Source of the DNA: Phoronis australis | Lineage: Eukaryota > Animalia > Phoronida | Direction: 5' to 3' | Length of the DNA: 64,000 bases | Assembly: GCA_002633005.1 (NCBI GenBank) | Contig: NMRA01000854.1 | Span: 1 to 64,000, forward strand | Part shown: positions 1 to 12,867 of the stretch, piece by piece | How the letters are laid out: each line of letters begins with the position of its first letter | How positions within the stretch are numbered: the stretch's first letter is position 1 | Notes under the pieces: model-generated | Told to the model about the DNA's origin: nothing | The model's input: the letters and a program-made list of their open reading frames with translations, nothing else | The model's database searches: none | Position numbers and translations under genes: made by a program

Positions 1-2599
1 GCCTCCTAAAACGTCACTTCCGGAGTAGGGGACGAGTAATTTATAAAATTACAAAAGGCTGTAATTAAGTGGAAAATATGTCTAGGATAACCAACCAACC
101 TTATTTTAGCTCAAAATGACATGGAAAAAGGTTGTCTTCGCCTTTAAGTACCATTTACCTGCACGCCCACTCAAGAATTAATGCTTTCCAATGTAGACAG
201 TAGCTGTAAACAAGTTAGCCAAACTACATGTAGCAGGCTATCATCAGCTGGTTGTCCTCGAATGCTTTCAGTCATGAAGCGGACTACTTGGAAATGGGAA
301 AGGCACGGGTACAATATTTTCCTGGCTGTTTTGATCATTTTGCACTGACACCTGGTGCCTAAAATATTAGTTTAGGCTGTTTTTTTAAACTAAAATTCTC
401 ACTAAATGTGCAAGTGTATTCTGGGGAACTTTTTTGAAATTAACTTTTACAACATCTTTAGATGGGTTTTATGCAAAGTTCTCGTTGCCCCCAGAAAGTA
501 GCCACGGAAGTAAAAGATAGGAGAACTGGGACTATGGCCTACGACACTTCCGTTCCCTCATCTGGTATTCTAAATCTGTACACAGATATTGTCAAAGTAG
601 TGCCGAGCTCTCCAATAAGTCAGCCGTAAACACGTCTGTGTAGCCAGCCATAAAGTACATTGGTGTACAAAATAATATTGCAGCGCTTTGAATGGGGCGT
701 TTAATATATTTAAAAGTGTCATGAAAATCTACCACCGGAACGTCAATCAAATCCACATTTAAAACCATAGTTTAATAACCATATCTTGATTAAACACGAA
801 AACTAAAGCAGTCACCAATGTCTCAACATTACTCCCCGACAAAAGACGGTGCTGTAGCTGCATGCAAAAAACGATTTTGACTTTACTTCCACTCCATAAC
901 TGAGAAAAACATTACTTGTTAAAGTAACCACACGTATGAATAGGCCTAAATTAAAGCCCAAAATCACATTTGCCATATGTACGTGTAAGAAAGATTATTC
1001 ATGAAACTACACTGTAACTATACATATTAGTAGGTGAAATTATATATGCCAGTTCGTTAATAATATGTTAGTCCTTGGTCATAGAACATAATGTTTTCGT
1101 GTGGTAAATCAGATGACTCCAAAGCTCTTTGTCCTTTTTTTCCCGTGGAGCCGACAAACTGTATACGGTAGCTTTTTGGGTAGAATACCTGATTTCCGTC
1201 ATACGGCAAACTCAAGGCCATGACTGAGTCCGATTCGCTGAAATTAGAAAAAGAGGAATCGGGTTAATACGTCTATACGGTCTCCTCCAGAGATAACGTA
1301 GAAGCTGGTAAAACGCTATAAAATTATTTGTCAAAAATACTAGCTATGGAGCTTAGTGGGAGATTGCCGCCATCATATATGGAGACGAATGGTGCGAAAG
1401 TCCTTCATATACCAACATGAAAAAGTGAAAAAAGAGAGGAAACGCTAATTGTTAGACGTAGTGGCTCATATGTCGCACTCACATTCGTGGAGCTAACAAA
1501 CTTTCAATGAAAGTTTCCTGTCCTCTATTTTCTGCTTTTTGGAATATTTAATTCACGGTTGTGATGTAAAGTGCTATAAAAAAGTCTAAAGAAGGTAAAA
1601 TGGTAAATCCGATTTTTAAGTAATTTTCCGCGAAATTTGTGCGGATCGCAACCTGCGAAACGTCATTGACAGTTGTAAGTCCATGCCTGAACGTTACCAG
1701 ACAAAGTTGTCATTTATTTTGCACAAGCACACATTTCAGATTAGGCTCCAGTACCATTGAATGTAAAGTTACATCGTCGTTTCTGTACCGGATGTTGATG
1801 TAATAAACGTAGTCTATGTAACACAAATCTCGCTGACGGACGACTACATGGCTATTACGCATACCATTCGCTTCAAGCGTATTTCGGTCAAATCCCCGCT
1901 CAAATTAAAATGATGCGAAAGTACCTGGGATTATTAAGACACTTTCTAACGATTAACTAACGATTTATTTAAGTTTTCAAGTGCAACAAACATTCTTTTT
2001 CCAAAAGATAGCTTAGTAACTGTGCACACCATATCCACAACTTAACCGGATGTGATTTTTTCTAAAGTTTGCAGATAAGATGGGAGTGTGACACCTAGGG
2101 ATAAGAAAACTCCCAAAATGAGCTAATAAAAGAAGAAATGAACAAAATACAGCTTATGACATGAAAAATGCTTGTCAATTGATGAAGACACTGTCTTATT
2201 AATCGATGGTCTAATAACAATATCGACGTTTAAGTGCAACAAAGATTATTTTCCTAAAAGATAGTTCAGTAACTCTGGATACCGTGTCCACAGCTTAAGA
2301 CTGAGGTGCTTTTACAGCAAGGGATAAGAAAACCCCAAAAACGAACTGGATTGTTTATTTGAATTTCATGTTGAAGAGGAAATGCGACAATTTTGATTAC
2401 TACAATGAATAAAAATATTAATTCAAATGAACAAAATACATCATGATATGACCACTTTATTTTTAAATACAACAAAAATGAAAAAGAAACGTAAGTTAAG
2501 ACACATCTGTGTTATCTAAATAAGCTGCCTTCAAATTAAAGCTAAACTGCCTGAAGCAAATCTAGTGGCAGCAACTAAAGGTACATGCGGTTGTGATGC

Positions 2600-3560
2600 A
2601 TGACACGGTCTACTGTTTCATGTGATAAATCCAAAACTCAAAAAGCAATAATTATTCACCCTGCATCTAAGTCGTGATCGTTTGCCACTCTCTTCATCAG
2701 ATGATTCCGTTTCTCTTGGTATGGGATTATGATCTTCATCTAAATAGCTGTCCATACTATCATCTGTCTCAACATCGCCACCACTGTCATGTGCCTCTGT
2801 TTCGACTACAATCTCTGGAATTAACGCAGAGGGAATCTATTCTCCACTGAACCAAACTATGCCAAACTCGCCGTCAACATTTTTCCATCCATTGGTGGAT
2901 GTTTTTTTCCACAATTTGGAGATGAGCGCTACACCATAGTCTAGCGACAAATGCAACTCTATTCTCTGTCCATGTGAAGTGCTAGTTCAGCTTCAGGTGA
3001 TGGAATACTGCTGCCCGCGATGCTCTTAAGCTTCTCAAATTGATGCTTAGCATTGACTTTCGTTTGAAGGCTTTGTCGACGACGTCGAACTGGCGCTTCT
3101 TCAGTGAGACAAGTTTCTGTACTCCTTACAACACACAAAACAAAATCCTGCAAGACTTCTGCTGAGACATCGCGGCTCAATGAAGCAAAAGCTCTCTGGA
3201 ACTTATCACTTTTCGCCACGATTGTATATGATCTGTTCTCTTCTTTCCTTACAAATGCACAGTATAGTCACATCAAGTGAACACGCGTAGGCCGATGAGT
3301 GCAGCACACACAGCTCTGCCTATCGCAGAAGCAACCTTAGATAAGTTTAAATAAGGCAGATCGCCTTGTCCTATAGTCCCACCCTCCATCCACATCGTGA
3401 ATGTAACTCAATGGACATGGTGTAGGTAAGGAGCAGCACTAGAATGTCAGTGTCAGAAGCTCTTATGACAATGTCGCCAGATGCGGACTTGTGCGCCTCA
3501 ATCATATGAAGGATGGCTCTGGTGTCGGCTGCCTTCAACGAAGTGCCGAGTGCATTCTCC
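2600..3560 (-). mobile_element. Degenerate XPG/PIN-like nuclease-domain transposase relic (AcademX-like)
   Basis: Minus-strand translation gives AADTRAILH...IVIRASDTDILVLLL (about 3535-3425), ALIGLRVFT*CDYT.AFVRK (about 3305-3245), SIPSPEAELALH, NGWKNVDGE and an acidic tail. These match the EADTR / DTD / GxHAFTGCD motif order of XPG-like transposon proteins. Stops and frameshifts are present. Imperfect inverted repeats flank it (e.g. gggataagaaaactcccaaaatga ~2098 vs tcattttgggagtcttcttatccc ~4247). Confidence 0.6.
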
Positions 3561-3825
3561 CATCACCCAAAAATATACTTCCCTTTCACCTAGAAGCGGA
3601 CTGTACAAGTTGCACGGCCAATGCTTGGTGAGAAAGACGGGCAGCTGTCGTGTGAATGACTTCCCTTCGAATTGTTTCTTGAAGCTTGAGTTTCTTTTCT
3701 TTTCTGTTCAGATCCTTCTGGAACGAGTTCTCTTCCTACAATAGGGTCTTATTGTCCCTCTGGGTCCAAACACTCCCGTATTATCTACAAGCCCCAGGAA
3801 AATTGCGTCTTAAGTTGTGGATACG

Positions 3826-4050
3826 GGGCCTGTTCCAAGAAACTGATTTGAGTTCAACTGTAAGATTTGTCTCAACTTCCAAACTTTGAAACTTCCACAT
3901 CCGTTAATTAGCCAAAACTTAAATCAAAAACTTAAGTTAAACGTAATATCTTGTCGTTGAAACGGACTTCAGATAATTTTAAGTTTTATCTTAAAATTGG
4001 CTGAAATTTAAAATTTGTCTTAAATAAGTCAGTTTGCTTGGAACGTGCCC
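3826..4050. mobile_element. MITE with GGGC-type termini (PIF/Harbinger-like)
   Basis: gggcctgttccaagaaactga ... tcagtttgcttggaacgtgccc terminal inverted repeats; a related right end lies at ~32645-32725. Confidence 0.55.
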
Positions 4051-4339
4051 ATGGTGTTAAACTATCTTTTGGGAAATTCAAAAGATTATTATTGTTGCAT
4101 TAAAAAGTTTAAATAAATCTTTAGTTGGGAGTTAATTAATAGGTGTCTTAATAACATAAGGATTTTTATGCTATAAGTTGTATTTTCAAATAATTTTTTA
4201 TCCATACCAACAATCAAAACTGTTGTATTTCTTTTTCATACAAGTTCATTTTGGGAGTCTTCTTATCCCGTAGGGTCTTATCTGCAAAGGTCAGGAAAAT
4301 GGTGTCTTAGGTTGTGGTGTCCAGAGTTGCTTATCTATC

Positions 4340-4530
4340 TTTTAGATAAGCAACTCTTTGATGCACTTACAAGTTTAAATAAATGGTTTATTGGTCAAGT
4401 GAATTAAACTTGAAACGTATGTTGCACTTGAAATTTTAGATAAGCAACTTTTTGATGCACTTACAAGTTTAAATAAATGGTTTATTGGTCAAGTGAATTA
4501 AACTTGAAACGTATGTTGCACTTGAAATTT
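4340..4530. repeat. Two-copy tandem duplication, ~95 bp unit
   Basis: tttagataagcaact...tatgttgcacttgaaattt occurs twice head to tail. Confidence 0.85.
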
Positions 4531-5944
4531 TAATAAAATTGATTTTTGGTCCTCTTTTGGACCCCACCTAGGGACCAGAGCATTGTGCCACTTAAGACGC
4601 CCCTTTCCGTCAATGGTAGGTGACGTACAATAGAATTATGCACTCCAATATTTTGCACTAAAAAGTGTGAATAAAGTCCTGCTGGCTCTCTAACTACATA
4701 GTCTTTTGGTTTGCATCGCTTGTGCGGGAGGAAATCCTTCGTGAGCGGCTCCTGTTTACCTAAAACGACGGCTCACTACTCCAAAAACATAATGGCTAGA
4801 AATTTAATTGCCGATTTATCATAAAAGATCGTTAAATTTTTGAAACCGTTTAATGTTTTTAGAAAGTTTAGTCACTCAAGAACGGTATAGTTTAGTGCAT
4901 GTGCCTTGCTCGGTTGAATGTTTGAAACACGAGCTTTGTTCTGAGGCCCCGTCGCTTTGCTGATTTTTTTCAGAAAAGCCACAGTAATGTAATGGGCGAC
5001 TCATGTGCCGAAACATCTCGATCTAGGTTATATTTCATGAAGCAATTTAACGTGGCATAGAATGTGAAAACAGACTAAATTGCATGATCCAGTGTGATTC
5101 TCTGCCACTGAAACATAATCAGTTTGTTAACCAGGTACTTTTACAAGCTGTTCGTAAAGATTTTAAATTTCTTGTTTATGTCAAAGCATTTTTCCTTTAG
5201 TTTCAAATTCAGGGGGTCAACAACTGGTTGGACTTCAAAACCACTTGCCCGGACTTCAAAACGCTATGGCCTAGTTGACTGGACCCAAAAAAATGATGGG
5301 CAGTGCTAGAACCAGTTGGCCGAAGATCAAACACATTGGCCAAACTTCCTCAGAGACTCGCTTTGAACGTCTCGAAAGATTCAAGTGACATCTAGTGTAT
5401 ATTTTTCGTACTCGGTTGCTTCTTGTGCTCAAAATCAGCGATTTGTTCGGACATTGTGTTTGAGCACCGGCCAACCCGTTTTAGATCCGGCCAACCAGTT
5501 TTTGGGTACGGCTATCTGAGCAATCAGTTTTGCAGTACCACCAGCTGGCCCTTATATAGAAAATGTGATATTTCCATATTAGGGAAATGTGACCTTTGAC
5601 CATTCTTGAAAGCGACTTCAAAACAGCAGCCAATTTGTCTTCTTTGAGCGTATGCACGAATAATTATAATATCAGGGAAGAATAAGTTAAAACTTTTATG
5701 GGGATGAAAGAGCTTATATTTTGCCTGTGTCTCAAAAATAATGCATCTGACCATTTTTAGAACTTCTTGCAATATTCAAAGTGAATCACTCTCACTTTAG
5801 CATCCCTGCGAAGTACATTGGACGCGATCAGTTTAGAATGTATTTTTACGAGTTCCATGACTCTTTAAACCCTTTTGATGTTTAACCGAACACGTATAAG
5901 TTGATACTGTTATTGCTATTGATACCTGCATGCTAATTGTTACG

Positions 5945-8900
5945 TCACCTGTTAGCTTGATACGACGCCATTCTCCCATAACTACGAGCGCCATCTGCAT
6001 AGACGTATTCGTTTCCATAGAAATTTCTTGAAGTGGAGTCCTTACGTTCGCGACTTTGCCGAAATGGTTTCCGGTCACTGTATTCCGTCATGGGTCGCCT
6101 TACGCGACTATGGTTACGCATCACAGTCTTAGTATGTCGTCGCCTATTCTGACGCTTACACCACTGAATGGAAACGTAGATGATTCCGATTGGTACCAAT
6201 AAGATAAAAAGAGGAGCGCAAGCCGCAATGACAGCAATCTCCCAGTCTTCAATACGCAATGAGCTGTCGTCAATCTCACAATGGGTACCACGCATGCGAG
6301 CTGTGCACGTGCATGACCCATGACCACCATCATCTTCGACGCAGGAGCCTCCGTGCAAACACATGAACTGAGAGCAGGGGATCACGCATGTGACGCCAAG
6401 AAAGTCGTTACTAAGTTTGTTTCGCTCTTCATGTAAACAGATACAAGCATAGGACCCATTCGTGTTCTGGCATTTTGCATATGACGGACATGTATTGGGT
6501 GCTACACACTCGTCCACGTCCTTAACAACCAAGCTCGCCACTTGCGAATATTTTTTCAAATTCGCTTTTATAATCGCTTCAGTTTTCAATAAATTTTTGA
6601 GATCCTCAAACTTGCTCTTTGTCGATGAAACCGGCGCTGTTCTCTCAATTACCAATACATTCACTTCCGCACCAATACTTCCGGGGTAAAATCTAACAAT
6701 AGAGCACCTAACACTGCTGACAACCTCAGAAAAAGTGTCCAAAATAGCACGCTTGAAGTTTATGCTCATGGTAGCTTCCATATCCTTGAACGCTTGACTT
6801 TCTCGGTTGTACAAAGATTCGGTGAAAGTAAGTGTCCGGTTTCCAAGTTTTGTGAAAACAACGTTCACGCCAAAGTTAATTTGCTGGTGTGGTTTGAAGG
6901 TGGTAGTTTGCGACGTTGAGGGATGGGACGTCGTGGATTGTACTGCTGAATGCTCCGTCGTCAAGGGTTGGGTAGTGTTGAACTGAGTCGTTAGAGACTG
7001 TATCGTGGTGGCCTGAGTATTTGTGGGTTGTGACGTGTTGGTGAGCGTAGTTGGAGGCTGTGTGGCGTTGGTCTGTTTAGTTGGAGGTTGTGACGCGGTA
7101 GTCTGTGTTGGTGAGGCATCCGTCTTACAATCTACAATTATATCAAAGACATGCATGATTACCAATGTTCGGAGTTCAGCAAATAAATGCGCTGGCCCCC
7201 CGGGTCACTAGTTTGAAAATTTACAGGCCCGACTGCCAAGTTGTTGGCCCTGTTTTCAACAGCCTATCTATGTTTTTCTCAATCTTTTCCTGTACACTAA
7301 ATCCGCATTTGCAATGCTTTTAAATCTAGGTGAGGAGTTGTTTCATCAGTACATAGACTGACTCTCGGCTAGAGTTCTATGAGTAAACAAAGTGAATGGG
7401 GAGTTCGCGGATTTGTTGGCTACAAGATCCAAACTTGTTGGCGTTCAAGAGGTGACAGGTAACAAAATATTGAGTAGACCACATCTACATAGGGCCTATA
7501 TGTGAAATTTTACTGGTGCCCCAAGCCAGCAAAGTTTAAAGGTTACTGGCCCGGCTGCAAATCCCACTGCCGTGTATTTCGAATGCCGATCATTTCCCGA
7601 GCCCTATAAGCAATCCCGGTATTCAGGAATCACCTACAATGAATACAAAAAGTGAAAAGAGTACGAACTTTAGAATTAGCGCGTAAGTAAATAACGACAT
7701 ATCTATCCAACGTTTCGGTTTCTTACTCTAAACCATTGTCAAGGAAACAATTCACAGACTCAAAACAGGCGACACCAGCCTCCCGTTCAGTAACGCTAGG
7801 ACCTCGCTAAAAAGCAAGACTTCGCGAGATTGCGTGAGATATTGCCGTGCATTTTAAATAAGAACACGTGACTTTGACTAGGTTTTAGTTAGGTCCTAGC
7901 GTAGGTCCTAGCGTTTACTGAACGCACGCCAGGTAGAGAAGAGACTGTACAGGTACACTTCAAAATGCATTGTGAGGAGGAGAGACCAGAAATCAAAACA
8001 GTTGGAGCTCAAATGAACCAGTGTTTCTATTGAGGTAACGCAAATGAACCCGTGTTTCTATTGAGGTAACGCTCAGCATGATTCAACCATATATGCATAG
8101 CCTCCTTTATGAGGAGCCTGAGGGTTGCATTATCCTTGTCTAGCATCTGAACACCAGAGCAATCCATAGTGTGACCAGTTGTCAAGGAATGATTGAGAAC
8201 AGCACTGTGTGTGTCTTTACAGTGTTCTTTGGCTCTGATGTTTTACATTGGAATGACGAACAGTATTCTTGGCAGAGGTGCTTAACTGCTTTACTTTCCT
8301 TGACTAATACAAACCCGTGCTTGTGTATGTATAGACTAATGCAGTGTTATAGAACTTTTTTACCATTTCAAGCACATTCTAGAACTTTCCGGAATCTACC
8401 CAGTCATTCTACAAGCATATAATATTCCAGGCTGCATTAATTACTGTTATGCTATAGTCTTCTAGAAAGTTCCGCATTATACTGTAGTAAACATATAACA
8501 TCATCACTGTACTGAACTCAGGGGTTATGTCAATCAAACAGAACAACAAATTAAAACAAAACAAAACAATACAACTAAAACAGGGTCAGTCCACATTCTG
8601 ACAACGTATCTGTATATATTTCAATTCCAAATTTAAAAACGCCTGCCTTTTACCGTACGATGCCAGCAAGCAATATCAGATAACAAACCTATTTCTGCTG
8701 TGTTGTTTCTTGGTCGATTTTAAGGCATTCACACCGCACTATTTTTGGGAGCTCTGTTGCTGCTATATAACTTAGCTAGGTATAAACTCTCAAATTTAGA
8801 AAAATGACTGTGGATATAGGAAACATGAAATGCAGCATACACTAATTAAGATGAAATAATTTACATTTATAACTGTTTAAGGCGAGAATATTTCTTGAGT

Positions 8901-8964
8901 ATTTACATTTACCTGGAAGTAACAGCAACAGGTAAAACGATATCAGATTCAAAATCCACATCAT
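5945..8964 (-). CDS. Type I membrane mucin-like protein: signal peptide, Thr/Ser/Pro/Gln stalk, SEA domain, 2 EGF domains, TM helix, cytoplasmic tail (~412 aa)
   Basis: Exon 1 8964-8913 (MMWILNLISFYLLLLLP, donor G|gtaaat, phase 1) joins exon 2 7131-5945 (acceptor tgtag, phase 1). SEA motif FYPGSIGAEV; Ca-binding EGF DVDEC..C..C.NTNGSY.C.C; second EGF; hydrophobic IAVIAACAPLFILLVPIGIIYVSI followed by a basic stop-transfer segment. Confidence 0.85.
7700..8250 (-). mobile_element. Penelope-like retroelement 3' remnant (GIY-YIG C-terminus plus terminal hammerhead-like motif)
   Basis: Minus strand reads NIRAKEHCKDTHSAVLNHSLTTGHTMDCSGVQMLDKDNATLRLLIKEAMHIW (about 8240-8085), typical of the PLE GIY-YIG tail; motif ccttgacaatggttt...aaaccgaaacgttgg at 7744-7706. 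A small palindromic MITE (~7780-7930) sits within it. Confidence 0.7.
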
Positions 8965-9063
8965 ACAGCTAAGTCCACTAGAGGATAGTACTGTCCGTCA
9001 AGCTTCAGGAACACAGTGAAAATCAGCTGAAAAGAAGATGCACAAACCACGAAAAACCCCTAC

Positions 9064-9071
9064 TTTATATA
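9064..9071 (-). promoter_or_regulatory. TATA box of the mucin-like gene
   Basis: Minus-strand TATATAAA about 100 nt upstream of the ATG at 8964. Confidence 0.5.
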
Positions 9072-10142
9072 GACTGCTAGAGCAACCTTTTGTTAAGCCT
9101 AGATTGCATACCGCTCAAACGACTGAATGAAACGGCCAACCACAACTGGTCACTATTCACTGTTAAAGATGTCCCATAATAAAACTAGAAGGTTGTCGGA
9201 TCCGTGTTACGACACAGATCTTAGATGGCGAATTTACGTGGAATTTTGGAAGGGAAAGAAAAGTCTTTGTGTTCGAAGTTGAATCAACACTTTGTTTGAC
9301 CGCATTGAAGCACTGAACAGTTACGCTGCAGCCACAAGGCATTTGCTGGTCCGACCTTGTATAGAATTTAAATACAGGGGATATGACAGGTTTGGCGTTT
9401 GGTTTGAGGAATATGTTGAAACTGGTTTGCTTGTGCTTTTGAATGAGAAAAGTCATTTTTTTTGCCATGACCAACTTTTGATGCAAAATGGTGTCTAAGA
9501 AACCGACCGGGTGCGATTTCAGGTGGCTGGCAAACAGATGAAAGTTGTGCAAAAGGTAGCTAGTAAGGGGGTACTATATGACCACATTTATAGGGTTACA
9601 GTTTAGAGAGAACGCGCATTCTGAATCTGTAGTCAGATTTTTTCTAGCACTAGTAGTGGTGGGGGGAGAAAACTGTAATTCGATGTTTTGGTCCTATTTT
9701 TATGCGCTCGGATTTTGTTCCGGTGTGAATTAACCGATTGAAACTCTGGAGCATAATTAAGTTTCAGTTATCATGAGTAGAGCCCCATCCCTAACCCTCC
9801 CCCAGCCCCTATGGTGCCCCACCCATGTGGTAAGGACCCGTCTCCACCTGCTTGTGCCTCGGCAGTAATAATTGTTATGTGCCTCCTAACGTATAACAAG
9901 TGTATCGTGCATGCGCCGCCACGTGACCTTCTGGACATCATCATGAGATTAACTGTCTCCCCCCGCCCCCCAATTTGGCAAAGTGGACAAAAACGTCCGC
10001 CTCAGAGAAACAAGTCCGAGATAACGAGACAAAAGCCCACTAAAAAGGCAGGAACTACCGAAATTCGGTGAAACCGATAATTTTTCGTCCCCCATGAACG
10101 TACCTCGTTGTTATAAAGGTCACATTCCCAAAAATTCGAGCA

Positions 10143-10883
10143 CCCTTATTTTTAGGCTGGGTACGCGCATGGAGCATACAGTACTTTGCATGATTTAAGA
10201 CTTATTGTTGCTGGATGGTGTCGTTGTAGCGCTGCGAATGCCATATATATGGGAAGCCGGTATATAAGGTAATCCAGGCTCTGATTCAGAGAAACTGACG
10301 ACACTCCGATCATCCAATACACTCGTAACAAGAGGCTATGAAAGGCCCAGCTCGGTATGTTTGAGTCTATTAACTTATGATCGGTCTAGCTTGCAGTACT
10401 AACGCTCCTCGTACGCCTGACTCACTCACCCTAACTCTATCCCCTTTTAAGTTAAAGCTCTACAGTGCAGCTCGTCACGCTTCTCGTCGTTAGGTGCACT
10501 CAGATAATCATTTNACCCTTATTTTTAGGCTGGGTACGCGCATGGAGCATACAGTACTTTGCATGATTTAAGACTTATTGTTGCTGGATGGTGTCGTTGT
10601 AGCGCCGCGAATGCCATATATATGGGAAGCTATATAAGGTAATCCAGGCTCTGATTCAGAGAAACTGACGACACTCCGATCATCCAATACACTCGTAACA
10701 AGAGGCTATGAAAGGCCCAGCTCGGTATGTTTGAGTCTATTAACTTATGATCGGTCTAGCTTGCAGTACTAACGCTCCTCGTACGCCTGACTCACTCACC
10801 CTAACTCTATCCCCTTTTAAGTTAAAGCTCTACAGTGCAGCTCGTCACGCTTCTCGTCGTTAGGTGCACTCAGATAATCATTT
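10143..10883. repeat. ~370 bp near-identical tandem duplicate split by a single n (probable assembly/haplotype overlap)
   Basis: 10143-10513 is repeated at 10515-10883 with very few differences; n at 10514. Confidence 0.85.
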
Positions 10884-11960
10884 CGGTCACTTAGTCTATA
10901 ACTATAACCGTTTACCATGTCCACAGATTCTATGGGAGTATTTTTGGTGACACCTGGATGTATATCTCATTCTGTACCCTGTATTTTCATAAAAGCATAT
11001 ACATGTATTATTATTAGTATTGCATCCCGGAATCGGAAGATTCGGTCCAAAATAAATGCACAACGCTACTCTACAATACCTAATTAAAAACAACGCCTGC
11101 TACAGAAGTAAGATGAACGCTTTCAGAAAATCTTCGAAGATGTTTTGGTTTCTTGGCCGCCTACTGCGGGTGATTGGGCTGCTGTCTGTAGAAAGCCTAT
11201 AAAATCACTTCTGTAGCTTCTTTTGGACGCAATATAATTTTGGTGGTTTTAGTGCCATTAAATGATAACAATATTTTAACCGTTTGGAACTTGATAAAGA
11301 TTATATATCTGAATCAAAATGTTAATAACTTTACAATTGCAAGGCTTCTTCATTAAGTTCATCAAGTTTCATGTAATATTGTTATAATTGGCATGATCCC
11401 GTTGTAGCCCAATGTCAATCCTGCGTGAGAACGAATCAGCTGTCTTGCGCTATGTATGGATTTGAGCAAGGTATGGATGACGTCATCCATTTTGCCGCGC
11501 AAGTGGTCGGGGGTGGAATATGTCCGCAATTACACGATAAATATACCTGCGCCGCCGGGCAGGATTCGGCCGAGTAGTGAAATACTAATGCCTGGGCCCC
11601 AGTGCACAATCTACAATAATTGTTGCGCCAAACAGCTAGTGTCCGAGTTAAATGAAAGTCCGATTAATGCCGTCAGGCAGGCGCGTCGATAGCAACCGAC
11701 TCGGAGGTCCCGTCGTCCAGGTGACGTACTCCGGGCCCAATGGCAATGCGGACGATCTTTGTCACCTACGCCGTCTACGGGAAACCCTCCCTGGCCCGGC
11801 GACTGGTTTTCTGACATGCCAAGCCAAGTACGACATCAGTCCAATTTTTCAGTGTAATAAGTCCCCGATTGATTTCAGTAGGCCTAATAATTCTTTAGCC
11901 AACAAAAGCCAAGAATAATTATTGTAATAAATCGCAGTTGAGTCAAAGATACTATATCCC

Positions 11961-12275
11961 CAGTGGCGGATCTAGGCATGATATCATAAAGGGGGGGGGC
12001 AACAATCCGAAGATGACGTCGGCAAAGCGTGCTTGTGTTTGCAGCAGAGACCCGAAAGTTGCGGGGACCGGTCTTGTAACCCTTCTGTTCAGAAAATCTG
12101 CTGTTGGACTAAAATTAAAAAAAACGGGAACGNNNNNNNNNNNNNNNNNNNNNNNNNNNNNNNNNNNNNNNNNNNNNNNNNNNNNNNNNNNNNNNNNNNN
12201 NNNNNNNNNNNNNNNNNNNNNNNNNNNNNNNNNNNNNNNNNNNNNCCCCCCCCCTCCCCCCTAAATCAGCCCATG
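11961..12275. mobile_element. hAT-like non-autonomous element spanning the assembly gap
   Basis: cagtggcggatctagg...ggggggg left end and ccccccctaaatcagcccatg right end; gap at 12133-12245. Confidence 0.45.
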
Positions 12276-12867
12276 ATCCCGTTAGGCTACTATAAAATCT
12301 GGTTGAGTGAACGGCCTACCGTCTCAGGGCTCCCCAGCCAGTGACTCGGTTTGGCACTGCCAATAGGTGGCAGCTTCCTCGACTCATTGAGACGTTGAAC
12401 TCTTCTCCAAGTGGGCATATGTAGCTTAGCGTAGCCCTTCGGCTCGAGTCGTATATGGGGCTGACTAGACTGTTCTTTGCGATCTTAGGCCTGTTCGAGG
12501 TTGCACAAGTTATAGACCTGCCGTCTCCACGCTCAGAACAGAATAAATACTGAGTCAGTGAGTGGTGGTTGACCTCTGACATTGACTTTGTTTTCACGGA
12601 ATTGCCCAAATAATGTCCCAACCTTTATTTTGTAATCTGTAACAGAATGTTGTGATTTAACTTGTGTATGCACCATAGCTTTTCAGGTTGATTTTAATAC
12701 CTCAAATATTCCAGAAAAAAATTGAATTGGGAGATTGTCTGGTGATACTCCAGACCAGATTGTAAATGTTGTTAGCATGTATTTCCATTTCATTTGTCAC
12801 CGTGTATATTCTTACAATGTTGCTGCTTTACATGTGTTGTTAGATTGTCTTGATTTTCTTGTAGGAA

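Noticed and set aside
7132-7165. N-terminus of the 406-aa ORF as listed in the track
   Set aside because: Intronic read-through; the acceptor at 7133-7132 and the signal-peptide exon 8964-8913 give a better model.
10143-10883. Apparent 370-bp tandem duplication
   Set aside because: Copies are near identical and meet at a single n: most likely overlapping contig ends or haplotypes, not biology.
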